Part shown: positions 41,839-55,830 of the stretch, in pieces
How the letters are laid out: each line of letters begins with the position of its first letter
How positions within the stretch are numbered: the first letter of the stretch is position 1
Assembly (NCBI RefSeq): GCF_009914755.1
Contig: NC_060936.1
Source of the DNA: the human T2T-CHM13v2.0 reference genome, Homo sapiens
Reading direction: 5' to 3' (one strand)
Length of the DNA: 64,000 nt
Program-made: the position numbers and the translations under genes
The notes under the pieces: generated by a model
What the model was told of the DNA's origin: nothing
The model's database searches: none
Seen by the model: only the letters and a program-made list of their open reading frames with translations

Positions 41839-42386
41839 TATGAAGTAAGATACTCTCAATAGCAAATTAAAGAATACCTTACTAAAATTTACTTAAATAT
41901 TATTAATATTTGTTATGTCACTTTATTATATCTGTTTATTAAATCCAACTCTAGAGAGTACCAAGGTTTATTCAGTAGATTATTGATATGAAAACCCTGG
42001 GTCAGCCTCTCTGGGAGTCTCAGGGCCTAGCCCCCCCGTTCCCAGACTTTGTGCAGCATCTCAAGCATCATATCCTCCCATGGCAACAGAGAAGGCAGAG
42101 TCACTGTAAGGAGAACATGCAGGAGAAAGGGATTCTTTTTAAAGTTAGCTCTCTTATCTGATTGGGGAGAAGAGAGAAAATATCTTCCAGAAAACTACCA
42201 ATGGATTTCCCTAATGTCTTCCTCCAGAGCTACAGCAAATGCCCATCCCTATACCATCCTTTGCAAAAGGGAAGTGTATTGTCTAAAATTGAGAGGACAA
42301 GTATGAGTTATTACTTGTGACTCAGGTTCCATCATCAAAGAAAAAGCTAGGACATGTTGGGAAGGTAACCTTCCATGTCTGCTACA
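41839..42386 (-). mobile_element. Old MLT1 (J/K/L-like) solo LTR inserted in L2
   Basis: AAATATCTTCCAGAAAAC...GATTTCCCTAATGTC...ATGCCCATCCCTA; ends TGTCTGCTACA. Confidence 0.65.
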
Positions 42387-44947
42387 GGAGACATTCTCTT
42401 ACAGATTTTATTTAAAATCAGGACCAGATGATGTCCCCAAAAATACACCCACTGTGCACTCAAGATATCTTCATCCTCTCTGTATAAAACTCTATGTGGC
42501 TACTGGAAGAAACAGATTATATCAGCCTGATAAGGGGATAGACAGACCTGTTGAATCATAAATAGAACAAGCAGAAATAATAGAAGAGCTTAGAACATTC
42601 ACAGGAAAGTAGAAGAAACTGGATTTTGGAAAATAAGTTTCTGGGTTTTTGTACCACAATTGAGGGATTGTGGGTGGTATTTGAACATGAGCTAGTGCAC
42701 CTGAATGTCTTAGATGCCTGTGAATGCTGCCATTCACCAGCAGCCTCTGTGAGAGGGCTTAATGGGTATTAATTGTTCATTTGTTTCTGAGACTCTCCGA
42801 TATACCAACCAGGTGCTGTGCCTGGAGCAAATAAAAAGCAGGCCTCTATCCTCAAAAAGTTCATAATTTCTGATGGTGATCTAGGTAAATTAGTAATATA
42901 TTAAATATTTTTGCCATAACTCTCCTATTATTGTAACTTTTTCTGACTTTAAAAACTATAACCCAAGCAATCTATTGACATTTAAACCATGACTATCTGG
43001 TTTACACTGTCTTTCCAGACATTTACTTTGTTCTATTTGTTCTATTATAGAAAAGACAATGCGAGTTGATATCTACATGTGTTTTTAAGTACAAATTCTT
43101 ATCTGTGTCTGCCATATCACACGGTATTGTGAGAAGTCCAAAATTTAGGTTCTTTCTTAAATTTAATTATCTGGTACTTTCCTACAACACTGTGTCTCCT
43201 ATTGACATTTCAAATTTCATTTTGTTCACATATCTTATGTTTGTGTCTCCTTGATATGGATAACAATAGCTGGTGTAAGAGCTTATCTCCTTTTGATTCT
43301 GAAAATGTAATAAAGAAGGAAAATGCAGAGTAACAGCCACATGTGCCGGTTATTCAAGCAACCATCCAACTTCTGTATGAAGTTAATTTGGGGAAAATAT
43401 GGTATGCACGCTGCAGCTCAAGCTCACTTGTGTCAAAGAGAAATACGAAAGGCAAGGGATGGTGCTACTTTGACAAGTACATGAAGGAATAAAGTATTGA
43501 AATAAAACAAGTGAATGTGGCCTTATGAGAATCTTTGTTTTACTTATAAGGCACAGCAGTTTCAAGAATATGACCTTGCTTAATATATTACTGTTTTTAC
43601 TTCAAAACAACAGCATTTGTATTCTTATCTAACAATTTATGAATACAAATGACATGAAAATCATGAGATACTTTTACTCTTTATATTAATTTTTATTCCA
43701 TTTACTCCACTTGGATATATATCCTAAGTAATCATCAAAATTAAATGAATATTTGAGGGAATATATAACATTAAAAGAACCCCTGAGAAGTTATGTAGTT
43801 CTTGCCTGACTCTAGGCAAATTTATAATATGTAAAGATCTTCTAAAGAAGAAATTCATATAACCTATTATAGAAACTCTTCCTTATTTCTAACTCAAATC
43901 TTTATATTTTATATTAAGCTTGTTGAAGTTTTTTCTTAGAAAATTTGTAATAAAACATCATATCATGTCTCTTTGGCCTATAGCGAATGAAAAAACCTCA
44001 CAGTTAATTAATACAGAGATTTTAAAATTGTAGACCTCTAGAAAACTCATTTTGTTTTCTTTGGATTTTATACATAAAAGTAAACATTGATTTGTAATTA
44101 AGAGAAGAGAAGAATTCATGATTTGGAATCATTTTCTGTAAAAGAAGAATAGAATTAAAGATGTGGCACTATTTAAAATTAGAAATTAGACTTTTTATCC
44201 ATGAAAACTCTAGAGAAATAATTTTGATTTTCAAATATGATTAGAAAAACTCAAACATTCAGCCTTGCCCTTTCTTTGAACTCTTTCTTAGGCTAACAAG
44301 TTCTTCTAATCTTATAGTTTTAGGTGCTGTTTATAAAATTGATAGTTGTACATTTATAGATTTTACAGAAATGTACTCTTTTTGTGGATAAGTATCTTTA
44401 TGCCAAGTTTATTTGGCTTTGTGTGAATTACTGTTTGAAAAAAGACTGATCATTTTGTAATGAGTATCATTACATGAAGAGCTATTATTTCCTGGAAACT
44501 TTATTCTGCAGCCTCAGAATGTAGATCAGGGGCCCTAGCAAGTTAAGGTCCAGGCTCCTCATCAAGGTCATTTTCCTTTTCATACCACTGCCCTTTCCCC
44601 AACTCAAAGTCAGCCTAATGGTCAGAAAGGTTCACTTACAGGGAAAGAAAAGGAACAGTGCCTTCTTTACCTATGCCCTGCATAGCAGGTAACAATTACC
44701 TAAAATTCATTGTGGAGGATTGGAATATCCAAGAGTTTTAGAAACAGTTATGCTCAGACACCTCTGTGTGACCCTAGGCAAAGTGACTAAGCTCTCCAAC
44801 GTATTGTCCTTTATACACAATAATTAAAAAGAGTCCTCAAAACATTATCTCTAAGATAAGATATGAAGGTAGTTATGGTTTTTCCCAAACTATTTTGACT
44901 TGTTCTTTGTCAGTAGCATGAGGCTATATTAAGATACAACTTTAAAT

Positions 44948-45176
44948 AGTGCTTCATAAACAGTGGATGGCCATGGAATCGAATTAGTGGCTTGTGATTG
45001 GCATTTGAATAAAATAGAATAGAAAAAAATAAAGGATGTAAGTTACATCAAATGCAGCAAGGATTAGTATTGCTTTGTGAAACTTTGTATATTTGTACTG
45101 TGTATATGAAATTGTGCTGTAAAATGTATTTCTTACCGTGTGTAAAAGTTTTCCAAAAATGTTTAAAAGATGTCAG
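44948..45176. mobile_element. hAT-Charlie non-autonomous fragment
   Basis: AGTATTGCTTTGTGAAACTTTG...GTAAAATGTATTTCTTACCGTG, a Charlie-type motif. Confidence 0.6.
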
Positions 45177-46223
45177 CCTACAGAATTGGACCATCTAGTA
45201 CAACATGAAAACCCCCTAAAAAATACCACTCAAAGATAGAGAGCACAGACTGGCATTCAGCACCACTAGAAAGAAGCAGTGCAGTGATGATCTTCAGGGT
45301 CTGTGATTGCTTTGGGCAGTCTTCTTGCTGTCATGTTGCAGTAAGTAAGGTATCTGAGCTGCAGTCATCATGTGGGTGTAATAAGTAAAAACTCACACAT
45401 GCCCATTCAGTTGGGCACTTGTGGGAAAAAAGCAAATAGAATAGTGTATCCTTATTTAGTATATGTAAGAGCTGTGTTTAGGTATCTTTCCTCAGAATTC
45501 ATGGTACTATGATGACTGCAGAGAAAATTCTCTATATGTTTCCTCTACAAACTTTTACACTTGCTCTTTGGCATTTTTTTGTCAGCAACAAGATGGCAAC
45601 TGTATGCTAATAAAATCCCTGTGCATCTACCTGCAACTCATCCCTTCTGATGGCTTTATATCTAATTACTTAAAGCCTGTATTATGTTTATCTGTTTTAT
45701 AAAACAGAATATGAAACTGTCAGGCCTAAATTATCCTGAACCCCAATCTGTGAAAGGACACATAATGATGGGGAAAATATATTCCTTATCAGAACAACCA
45801 GGTGTTCTCAAATATTGACTGAGCTGCATAATCATTTGGGCAAAGTATATCTTGCAAGAAAAGGCAGTAATGTTCAAATTCTTGCATTTTTATTTTCCAT
45901 GAGTTTGGTGTTTTCCTTTCAGAATAATCATTGTTCATGTTCTTGATAAAATCAAGTTGATGCATCAAGGCAGCTATCCTTGAAGATATAAAGCCTATGA
46001 CATTAGGTCCTGTGATGTTGTTTTACATGTTGCTTACTGGCATGGATGCCCATTCAGAAATTCTGCTATTCTACTGGGACTCCATTTCTGTTTTTCTAGA
46101 AGCAACTGCACATCCATAGAATCTTTCTTCTGGAAAGAAAACCTTTCAAATAAAACACACTCTGCATTTATTTATTTTAAGCCACATTAAAATTTTAAAA
46201 GGCAAACAAAATTTTTAAAAGTA

Positions 46224-46302
46224 TTTACATGAACCATATGAAATTGCTGATACTTTGGTTTTTTGGCCTATAAAAATGATGATTTCATATAGCCCAATCT
46301 AA
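46224..46302. mobile_element. MADE2 (mariner-derived palindromic MITE)
   Basis: TA|...GAACCATATGAAATTGC...TTTTTGGCCTATAAAAA...ATTTCATATAGCCCAATCTAA|TA. Confidence 0.85.
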
Positions 46303-47084
46303 TATTACTTTTCAAAAAGTAATGTAATATTCTAAACCCAATATGCAATTGCTTTTAAGTATCCAAATTCTTTGAGTTCAGCTGGTATTAGAAGCAGTCT
46401 GATGCTCTTCCTCATTCTCATACTTAACAAATATTGTCCTAAGTTTCTGCTATGTTCAGAGTGCCAGGCATGTGGTAAAGAAAGAATAAAGCTGACACAA
46501 CTTAATAATTATGAAACATTTTTTCTGATGATAGTATGTTGTTGGCAGAACAAAAAAGTTGTGTTTCCATTGCCTACAAAGTGACCCAAAACTTTACAAC
46601 TCCTTCACATGTGTGGTTTTTCTTAAGCATTTCCTCAACTTCGTACTGCTTATTATCGAATTCCCTGTATTTATTTCCTCCTGAGTAGATTCACCCTGAA
46701 TCAACCTGTCAGTGTAGTTTAGTCTTTCCCAGATATTGTTCCCCAATTTTTAATGTAAGAATTAGCCTAGTCTTTCTGTGTCTTGAAACATTAACAAAGC
46801 ACTTAAGTGAGCCTTTATCATTTCAATTGCACCAACCACGATAAATAAAACATTAGTTGTTCTCATATATTATTGTTCCTTCAGTTTTGAGGAGAGAATC
46901 ACAAGTGGATGTCTATGTAGTTTGTCCCTTTGTAAGACATTCACTGAATAGTCTGCCTATTGTTCTGCCTAGCTCTTTCACATTTACTTGAGAAGTGTCA
47001 TCATAATTTTTCTTTTTCTTTGTTTTCTTTTTCTTCTCCTTTTTTTTTTTTTTCTTTTCGCTTGGTGAGCATCCTTTGTTCTGA

Positions 47085-47388
<304 letters not shown>

Positions 47389-47567
47389 AATATTTTTGAA
47401 ACGAATGTTTCCCACCATCAATATACCCAATGCTGCAGAGTTTCTGTTTTTTGTTTTTTTTCAGAGCTCTCACTTTGTTTCTCCAAAATTGGTCATCCCA
47501 CCTGTGATTGCTGCACTGACGCTCCCCAGTCTATATGCTGAGTAACAGTAGGGAAATTCATGGAAGC

Positions 47568-47743
47568 CAGCGATTCTCCACCTTCACTTCACCCTGGATC
47601 ACCTGGGGAGTTTTAAAAATACTGACACCTGGGTTTCACTCCCAAGATTCTGATTAAATAGGCCTGAACCAAAGGCTGGGCATTAGGATTTTTTTAAATC
47701 TCCCAGGGGGAGCTAAATGCACAGTGAAGCCTGAGAACCACTA
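47568..47743. mobile_element. MER5A hAT MITE
   Basis: CAGCGATTCTC...ATCACCTGGGGAG...GATTCTGATTAAATAGG...TGAGAACCACT. Confidence 0.85.
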
Positions 47744-49441
47744 ATTGAAGTTTTAACAAGAATCCCCAGGCATAGCCTTGTGTCTTTGACCTCATTGAAA
47801 CCAGGCCCAAACTTTGGAATAGGCTAAAAGCAAGTGTCTATATCCACTTTTAGAAACCCATTGTGGTGATTCATTGGCTACCATTTATTAAGTTTTTTCT
47901 ATCTGCCCAAAATTCATCAGAGTAGAGCTCAGATCTCAATAGGGGTGAGAAACAATAACCATAATGGTCTTGAAGTCACTTTTTGGTATCCACTGCCAGA
48001 TTATGCTACTCACCTAACAATTTGGGCAGCTTTCTCCAGAGAGTAATTAACATCTTTGTAAAGATGTAATCACCTGAAGCAGCTATATAAGCAACAGCAG
48101 TCTCAAGAGCTTTCATTTCTAGCAGCAAAGAAATTGTATTACAGTAGCATTTCGCCAGCATATCTTAGAACATCAGTGTAATCAGTATTAGAATGATGCA
48201 TTGTAAGACTGAATAACAGAAAGAGATTAATTTCTATTAAATATCTACATCTGTTGGTTCCCCAAGGTAGATTATGCTGGGAAAATCTAATGGAGGATTT
48301 TTTTTAACCCAGCCTCCTTTCACTCCGTGCCCAATTCCTGCAGTTGTTGCTGAGGTTTACCAGATGGATTAAAAGAAAAAATAAGAAGTGGCTCCAAACA
48401 TGTAAGCAATCCTCAATTCATTGCTGTTTGAATGAACTGTGGTGTTATTTGCATTCAGTCTTAATTTACACGGAAAATGACATCCTTTTGCTTAGAAACA
48501 AAGATAGTTTTCTTTTTCTACGTAACATTACTCACTGTAGGATCAAAAACTTGCCTGAAGTTTCTGAACCAAACTTATTGTTGTCCATAATGTCACTAAT
48601 AACCCAGGTCTATCTCCATCCAGGATTGTTACAATAAGGTCTGGAGGTGTAATTATAGGTATAATTTGACCTCTTTTTTACTACCTTCATACAATTTACT
48701 TGGTTGAAAGATCTCTGTCAGCTTTTGCTGAACTTTATGCTTCGCTACCTCAGTGCATTAAGTAAACCATAAAAAGAGGTATTAATAGTAATTTTCAATG
48801 AATATAATATCCAGCTGCTCTCAAGAGAATCCCTTGATCACATCTATTGCCATGATTTTGCCTTAGAAAAATGTTACTAAGCACCGACTTCTCCCTTAAG
48901 GAAGGGTTGGTTTCAGGATTTTATAGGGGAATCTTGCAAAGACACTTTTGCCCATTGACCAGTATATTGAGACAAAGTTAGAGAAAAGAATGAGATGGGA
49001 ACTCTGCTAGGTGTCTGTTCTGTTTTGTCAGAACTTTGTTAAAGCCGTGGGGAAGAGCTTTAAACTTCCCTTGATTGTTATTTTAGACGCTAATAGTCAA
49101 GGGTATTCTTTAAGGTTCTTAAAGTTCAGAAAGGCCACATTGACACTGTTACCTATCAATAATTAGGTTTCTAAACATCACATCAAACAGCATATGCAGA
49201 ATGAGCCCAAGAACAGTACGATTTGAGGATGCCGTGGAGTTCCATGCCACACCCTACAAATCCATATATCTGCTTTTCCTGCTCAACTCTAGTTTACCAA
49301 AATACAGAAAACGGGTCAAATAAATCACAGATATAAAGAACACAAGTAAACTAACAAAAGCAGCCTGGGAAATGCAGTGCTTTAAAGGAAACTCAGAAAC
49401 AGAGTTTGGATTATTCACAGAATAAATATAGGCCTGGTCAC

Positions 49442-49830
49442 TGTATGAAGAATCTTTGAATGGTAAGTCATAGAAACCATGTGAGCTAATCTCAGTGATT
49501 TTTATCAAAAAAGACACTGGGCTATCTACAGAACCCAAGGAAGCATTAGGCTTTAGCATCTCAAAGAGAGAGGGATCAAAAGCAAATACAGGGAGGTCAG
49601 CAGCAGGAGTATGGTCTCCAGGTTTCTGGAAGTCTCTTAGAGGCCCAACAGCATATGCCTCTATATCTCTCAGTTCCAATTCCAAACTGGCAGGAAAGTT
49701 ATTTGATTTTTCTATTTGGATAAGAGGCTCATCCTATATGAACTAGTGAATTAGCAATAACCAGGAAAGCTGTTCTTAGAACAAAAACATGGCCCGTGGG
49801 AATCATTGCTATAGACAGTGTCAGCAGTTC
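49442..49830 (-). mobile_element. Old MLT1-type LTR
   Basis: TGTATGAAGAATCTTTGAATGGTAAGTCATAGAAACC resembles the antisense MLT1 3' terminus (TGTA...GGTTGCAAGTGACAGAAACC); far boundary uncertain. Confidence 0.6.
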
Positions 49831-51169
49831 TCACTTAGAAGGACCTAGATAGATAACTCCATAAGATTCTGTTATGGCTATTTTCACAGAGTCCTTAAAA
49901 TAAAGAAAGGTCACCAAAATATAGGGAAACTTATGTATCATGTTATTCCCAATGCCTTGGGCTTTTCTATTTTGGCTAAATTGCCTTATATTCTTGACAG
50001 CTAGATATTAAATAATTATGCCTTGAGAGTAGGTGGTAATACTTTGCTTTTAAAAATAGGGTTAAACTAGTCTGTAAGCAACCTTGAGTTTCTTTTCTCT
50101 TGAGTTTATAAGTGATACTTGAGGAGGAGCATGCACTGAGGGTATCTTCTGCCCTCCCAGAAGCCATCTATTACCCAAATTATGTATCTTTCCCCTTTCT
50201 TTCCTTCTTTCTCTTTCCTTTTTTTTTTTTCTTTTTTTGAGAAATGAGGAAGAAAACAGTGGAGTTTGGATGAGATGACGGGTAGGAAAGGCCGTGAGGA
50301 AGAAGAGACACATGGGGAAGGAAAGACAGTGTCTAGCAGAGAACACTGCTGTTAAACGAGGTATCCCCTCACCCAGCAGCCTCATGGAAAGAGAACCACT
50401 GCTTCAAGGAATAATTCTGGAGAAGTGAGACTGACTCCACAGTCACCCCATCTTTCTCTTAGTGATCCTGGTGCCTGAAATGACTTTACAAAAGCTCTGA
50501 CCCTCAGTCCACATTTAAAAAGGAAAGACTGGATTCATTTAAATTCAAAACAAGTGACAAATTGGCTCCTATCAGATCTTTGCCCCAGATCAGGTTTTGG
50601 TAGATCTGAGAACAAATGAAACAAAAGAATTACAATAATCTGAAAAGGAAAGAAAGAAAGAGCAGGATCTGAGAACCCCCAAAATGACTCTTGCTTTCTT
50701 CATAGTTTGCCTAGTGCTGTCCTTGATTAGAAGTAATTTTATTTCATTTGCCTATGAAAAAGAAAAATATTGAAATTATGACCAAGCATGGAGATATTTT
50801 ACAGATACCAACCTTTAATTTAGCTGAAGGAACAGTTAGGGCAAGAGCACAACAGTCAGGATTTGACATGAAACAAATTTCATTCATACTCATTGGAAGA
50901 TAACCCTAAATATGTGAACTCAGTGCAACCTATGTGTGAAGTCTCTTTGCCAAGGAGCAATGCTGCTTGCTTTGTTCAGGGATCTGGATTATGAGCACTC
51001 TGAGAACAGAAGTCATGTCTACTGTGCCATGACATAACACCCAGCACCTAGCATAGGGCCTGCACATGGAGGCGCTGGACTGAGTAAGATTTGCTGAAAG
51101 GATATTAAATCATAAAGCAGTATCTAAACAACGATATGATGTTTGAGAAATCTTGGGAAGAAGTGTAGA

Positions 51170-51410
51170 ATTAGTAGTGTTTAAGAGTGGGGACTCTCAA
51201 GTTAGATTAAATTGATTCAAATCATGACTGTATTCTCTAGCTTTGTGATCTCCGATTTGTTTACTCTCTCTAAATCTGGTTACTTTCTCTGCAAACTTGG
51301 AGTAATAATATGAGCTTCCTCATGGGATCATTCTTAAAAATGAATCAGCTTTTGGACATAAAGCACTTAGCACATCTTCTTTCACACAATGAGTACTCAG
51401 AAATATTAAG
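51170..51410 (+). mobile_element. MIR SINE
   Basis: GTAGTGTTTAAGAGTGGGGACTCT...GATTCAAATC...TAAAGCACTTAGCAC. Confidence 0.8.
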
Positions 51411-52844
51411 TACAACAAGTTGCTGTACAGCTATATGCAAAGTCCAGTGGAAATTTGGTCAATATCTTGAGTTTCCGTATTGACAGAAATTTTCATTCTA
51501 TCACACTGATTACTGATCAAGGGATGGGTGAAATAAAGCGTGGTGATAAAAAGGTCTCGTTTGTAGATAGTAATATTGATGTTCTAGAACATCAATACTT
51601 TGGACCATGTCACAGAACATGGCTTATTTTAGTGCTCTGCCCTATCAACTAACCAATAAATAAATTATAAAATTCAAATAGGAAGCTCTGACTCAGCAAG
51701 TAATTTTTGGAAATTCATATCTCGTGTTTTTCATCTACATTAGCATCATTCAAGGAGCAGTAGCATGCTCTTGGCTGTGGTCCTAAGTGTTTTTGAAACT
51801 TCATTTGCAACATTCTCTCTAGAAAGGCAGCAAACAATTTAGAGGCAACATGATGGTGTTATTTGTCAAGAAGATTCTTATGTATATCTATAGTTTCACT
51901 TTCTGAGGGTTATTTTTAAAGAGTCTGGATCTTTGACGTATTTTTCTATTTTTTGTCTAAAAGTGGGAGACTAATAGTGCTGACCAAAACCAGGATAACC
52001 ATGATGTAAACGGTTTCTGACAGCCCTTCTAATGACAAGTTCAATTTTGATTTATATCACCTTTCCTTTTCTTTTCTAATCCCTCCAGCCTGGAAGAAAT
52101 AGTCTACTTTGGATGGAATGTATATCTATCAGAATACATGTGATTAATAGCAACTGGAATTAAAATAATCACACTCTCAATATTTGAATTTGTGTGTTTT
52201 AGAGAGGATAGGTACATGTAATGCAGGGTTCAGTGTAGCACTTTGGCCCACTGAATTGAGGTAATTCAGGAATCAGTCACTGTCAGTAGTTAATATATTC
52301 AATATTAGTGAGAATGGGAGAGGGGACCATCACAAGGTGTAGAAGCTTGCTAATATCCCTACAAAGAATTCATTAACTTCAATATGATGTGATTTGAGAG
52401 AAAACGTTCTAATCACTACACATTTTAAATAAGCACTTGCACTTAATAGGTGCCAGGGTGCCGATTATACAACTGGATATTATTTCATACTAAGAAATGC
52501 TAACTATTGGAAATGTATCAGTGAAGTTCATGGAAATATACAAAATGTTTGAAGTGTGAAATAAATGCAAACATTACCAATATTAGATCAGATTATATTA
52601 AATTGGATTGGGGCGTGTTAGAATATAGGACAGACAACATCTCTAAAGTAATTCAAAATTAATTCACCATTACTAAGCTGTGATTCAGCTGCAAACAAAA
52701 TGGAAAGCAGAGTGCAATTTTTTTTTCAGCTAAGCAGTGGAAGGATTAAAAATTGTAAACTTCTTGGAAACAAAATACCTCCCTTGCTGTTTAACATAAG
52801 TGGTATTTAAAAATGACTTTTTAGAATTGCCTTAACTGCTTCTT

Positions 52845-53156
<312 letters not shown>

Positions 53157-55464
53157 TAACTTCTTCTTAATTTGAATACATAAAGCTCTTTATCCTTAAA
53201 GGGAAATTATAATTTGTCTGTATAGTTGAAGCTGCCAAGACTGAGGTTGGATTTCCTAATGGTGCCTTAGTCATTCATACACATTATTCTGGGGCCAAAG
53301 GGTTCCAATCAGTATTTTGTTTGGGGAAGAAACTTTTTTTTCATCACGATTTAATGAATTAAATATTGTGGCTAGACCAAGTGGTTTACCTTTTAACATC
53401 AATATCTGTTGATCAAATACCTGTATATTCAGTTTCTCCAAGAAATGCCAATTTAAATTCCCCCAAATATCGCTACTTAGAAAAACTAAACAAAAGCAAT
53501 CTTAGCCACACTGTCAACAGAAAGTTTCAAATACATTGGATAATTGAACAGTGCCTTTCCAAGAATTCTGAAAGTTTACGTTTCTAATGTGATTGCCCAT
53601 GGAATCCCTTATTTGTCCATACCTTAATTCATATACTATTCTAGTGTAAAAATTACAGCAAGGATAAGGGGCTCCAGGAGATTTCTAGTTTAAACTTTCA
53701 GTAGCTAAAAATTGCCATTATTTAACCAGTTTACCTATTTTACATGCTACATTTAATGGACTAAAATGATGATATTTTGCAAATTCTTTACACATTATGA
53801 AGTTCATTTCTTTTAAAAAAAAAAAAGCCCCTATCCTTCTAATGAAGCCACTGTCAGTAGTACAGTAGAACATTCTGAAGTTTCATCATTCAGAGATAAT
53901 TTAGAGAACATTAACTTTAGTTCCTATTATTAATTGGATTCAAATATCAATACTTAGTAGTTTTCTCTTCCTTTAGGGCAAATTTTAACTCTTGTATAAA
54001 GAACACAGTTCAAACAACGCATTTAAGGAGAATCTATGACTAGGGTTTAGAAGACTAAAGATGTTACACTGCTCTCTCTACGATCCATTCTAATGGTTGG
54101 TAAGATCAGGTGCTATTAGTGACTATATAAAGGCTCAAGGAGTCAGCACACCACCATTATCTGACTAATTGCTTTGTGAAGTGCTTTTAGAAAAATTGGA
54201 ACTGAAAGGCACTCCATACTACCAATTTATTTTCTGTTCTTAGTGTCAGTGATGCATGAGAGAACAGCATATTGTAAAGTGTGTTTTTCTGGTGATAATA
54301 TTTTTGTCAAAGTGATGCAGATTTTAAAATACTCTCTTGCTGAAAGGTACAGACTTATCATCTGTTTTTCCTGATGTGAAGTTTATCTTCTGGATATTGA
54401 TTTCTTCAACTTTCTTCACTCAGATAAACTAGTTTTTTTTTTTGGCACTTGCCTGGAATTTAAAAGAAGCTAAAAAGAGTACATGGATTAATTTCAGTGG
54501 TTGAATTAACTGAGAAGTTTTGCTTTTGGTGATTTCAGGGTTTTATAATCCTATTTTAAGAGCATTCTCTACTTTAATCATCTGCATGATAAAATAACTA
54601 AAATATTTAAGGAAAAAACACTGCTACAGTTGCATAGAAATGTTTATAGGTCCCTTTTATAAAAAAGTATAAAAATATAATGTTTGTTTCTCATTTCTTT
54701 CAAACAATTAAATCAATTTTATTATAGACTTACTACAATCCTTTGCTGTTTAAAAAAATTTGCAGAAATAACAAGGAAAAAGTAAGCTTAAGCAAGAACA
54801 AAGTGCATCAATGCAACATGCTCCCTCCCCAGTCGAAAGACTATGAAATAAAAGCAATCATGGCATATGCTTGCTGCTCCTTTATTATAATTTTCATTTA
54901 TGAACAACTTACTTGCTCTTAGCTGAAATTTCCTCAGTAGGAGGAATAACAGCGCACTTGTGATTTCAACATGAAATATTCCTTGTTTGGCTTTTTGCTC
55001 ATTGCCAGTATTTTTTTTTTTATGAAGGAAAATTTTGCTTAAAATAATGTCTCATCATTTCACATTTTTAAAAGTTTTTCCTAATGAATGAAGTTTGGCT
55101 TTTGACCTCAATTTCGGTATCCAGGTAGGGAGCTACACCAAAAATGTTCTCATGCTGTTTTTATTTAAATTCCCTGAACTCTTGCCCTGAGCTTATTTCA
55201 TTTATATTCCAAGTCTCCTCTAATTGTGAATCTAGTTTAGCATCACTAATGACTATGTATTCCTTGACGCTCAAATTCACTGAGTCACTCCATTGGGATC
55301 CTTCTATTGTTGTTAAGGAGATGAGGAGGTAAAATAAGGCAGAATGAGAAACATAGGAGCCCCCTACTTTGTTTGGAAATGATTTTATGAGATTTAAAGT
55401 TTTAAAAATATGTGTTATATTAAGATCAGTATGTCGTTTCCTTTTAAAATGAGTACAAGGATCT

Positions 55465-55830
55465 TTTATTTATGCAGCACCTTTCTTCCCTAAGGAGTGT
55501 TACAAACTATACAAACTATACAGAGTGCAGAAATCACTTGACCCACCACTGGAGTAGAACAAAGCAGCTGTTTAACAGATCACAACAATACTGCAAAATC
55601 ATTTAAGAAAAGAATTCAATGAGAAAGTACAGCATCCCAAAGAATCTATAGGGAGAGTCAGAAAAAGCAGACTACAGTCTCTCAACTTAGAATTTAGCTA
55701 GGATATTCAAGCCAAACACTTCATTCCATTTTTTTCCCCTTAAAAATTGTAGTGCCTTTGATCCAGTGATTGGTATCTAGAAATTTAAGTGTTTCTATCA
55801 CATGACATCTCCTAGACCTAGTCCCTTGGA
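55465..55830 (-). mobile_element. AmnSINE1-like ancient SINE relic
   Basis: Colinear motifs TTACAAACTATACA, ACTTGACCCACCACTG, GCAGCTGTTTAACAG, TTAGAATTTAGCTAGGATA match my recollection of the antisense AmnSINE1 consensus (CACTTCACCCACCACTG...GCAGCTGTTTAACAGC...TTGGAATTTGGCCAGGACA). Confidence 0.72.

Noticed and set aside
45256-45276. REST/RE1-like site TTCAGCACCAC
   Set aside because: Only the left half matches; TAGAAA replaces the GGACAG right half.
49254-49685. 143-aa minus-strand ORF with a hydrophobic C-terminus (the longest ORF)
   Set aside because: Starts at TTG, over half overlaps an MLT1-type LTR relic, and I recognise no domain; consistent with chance.
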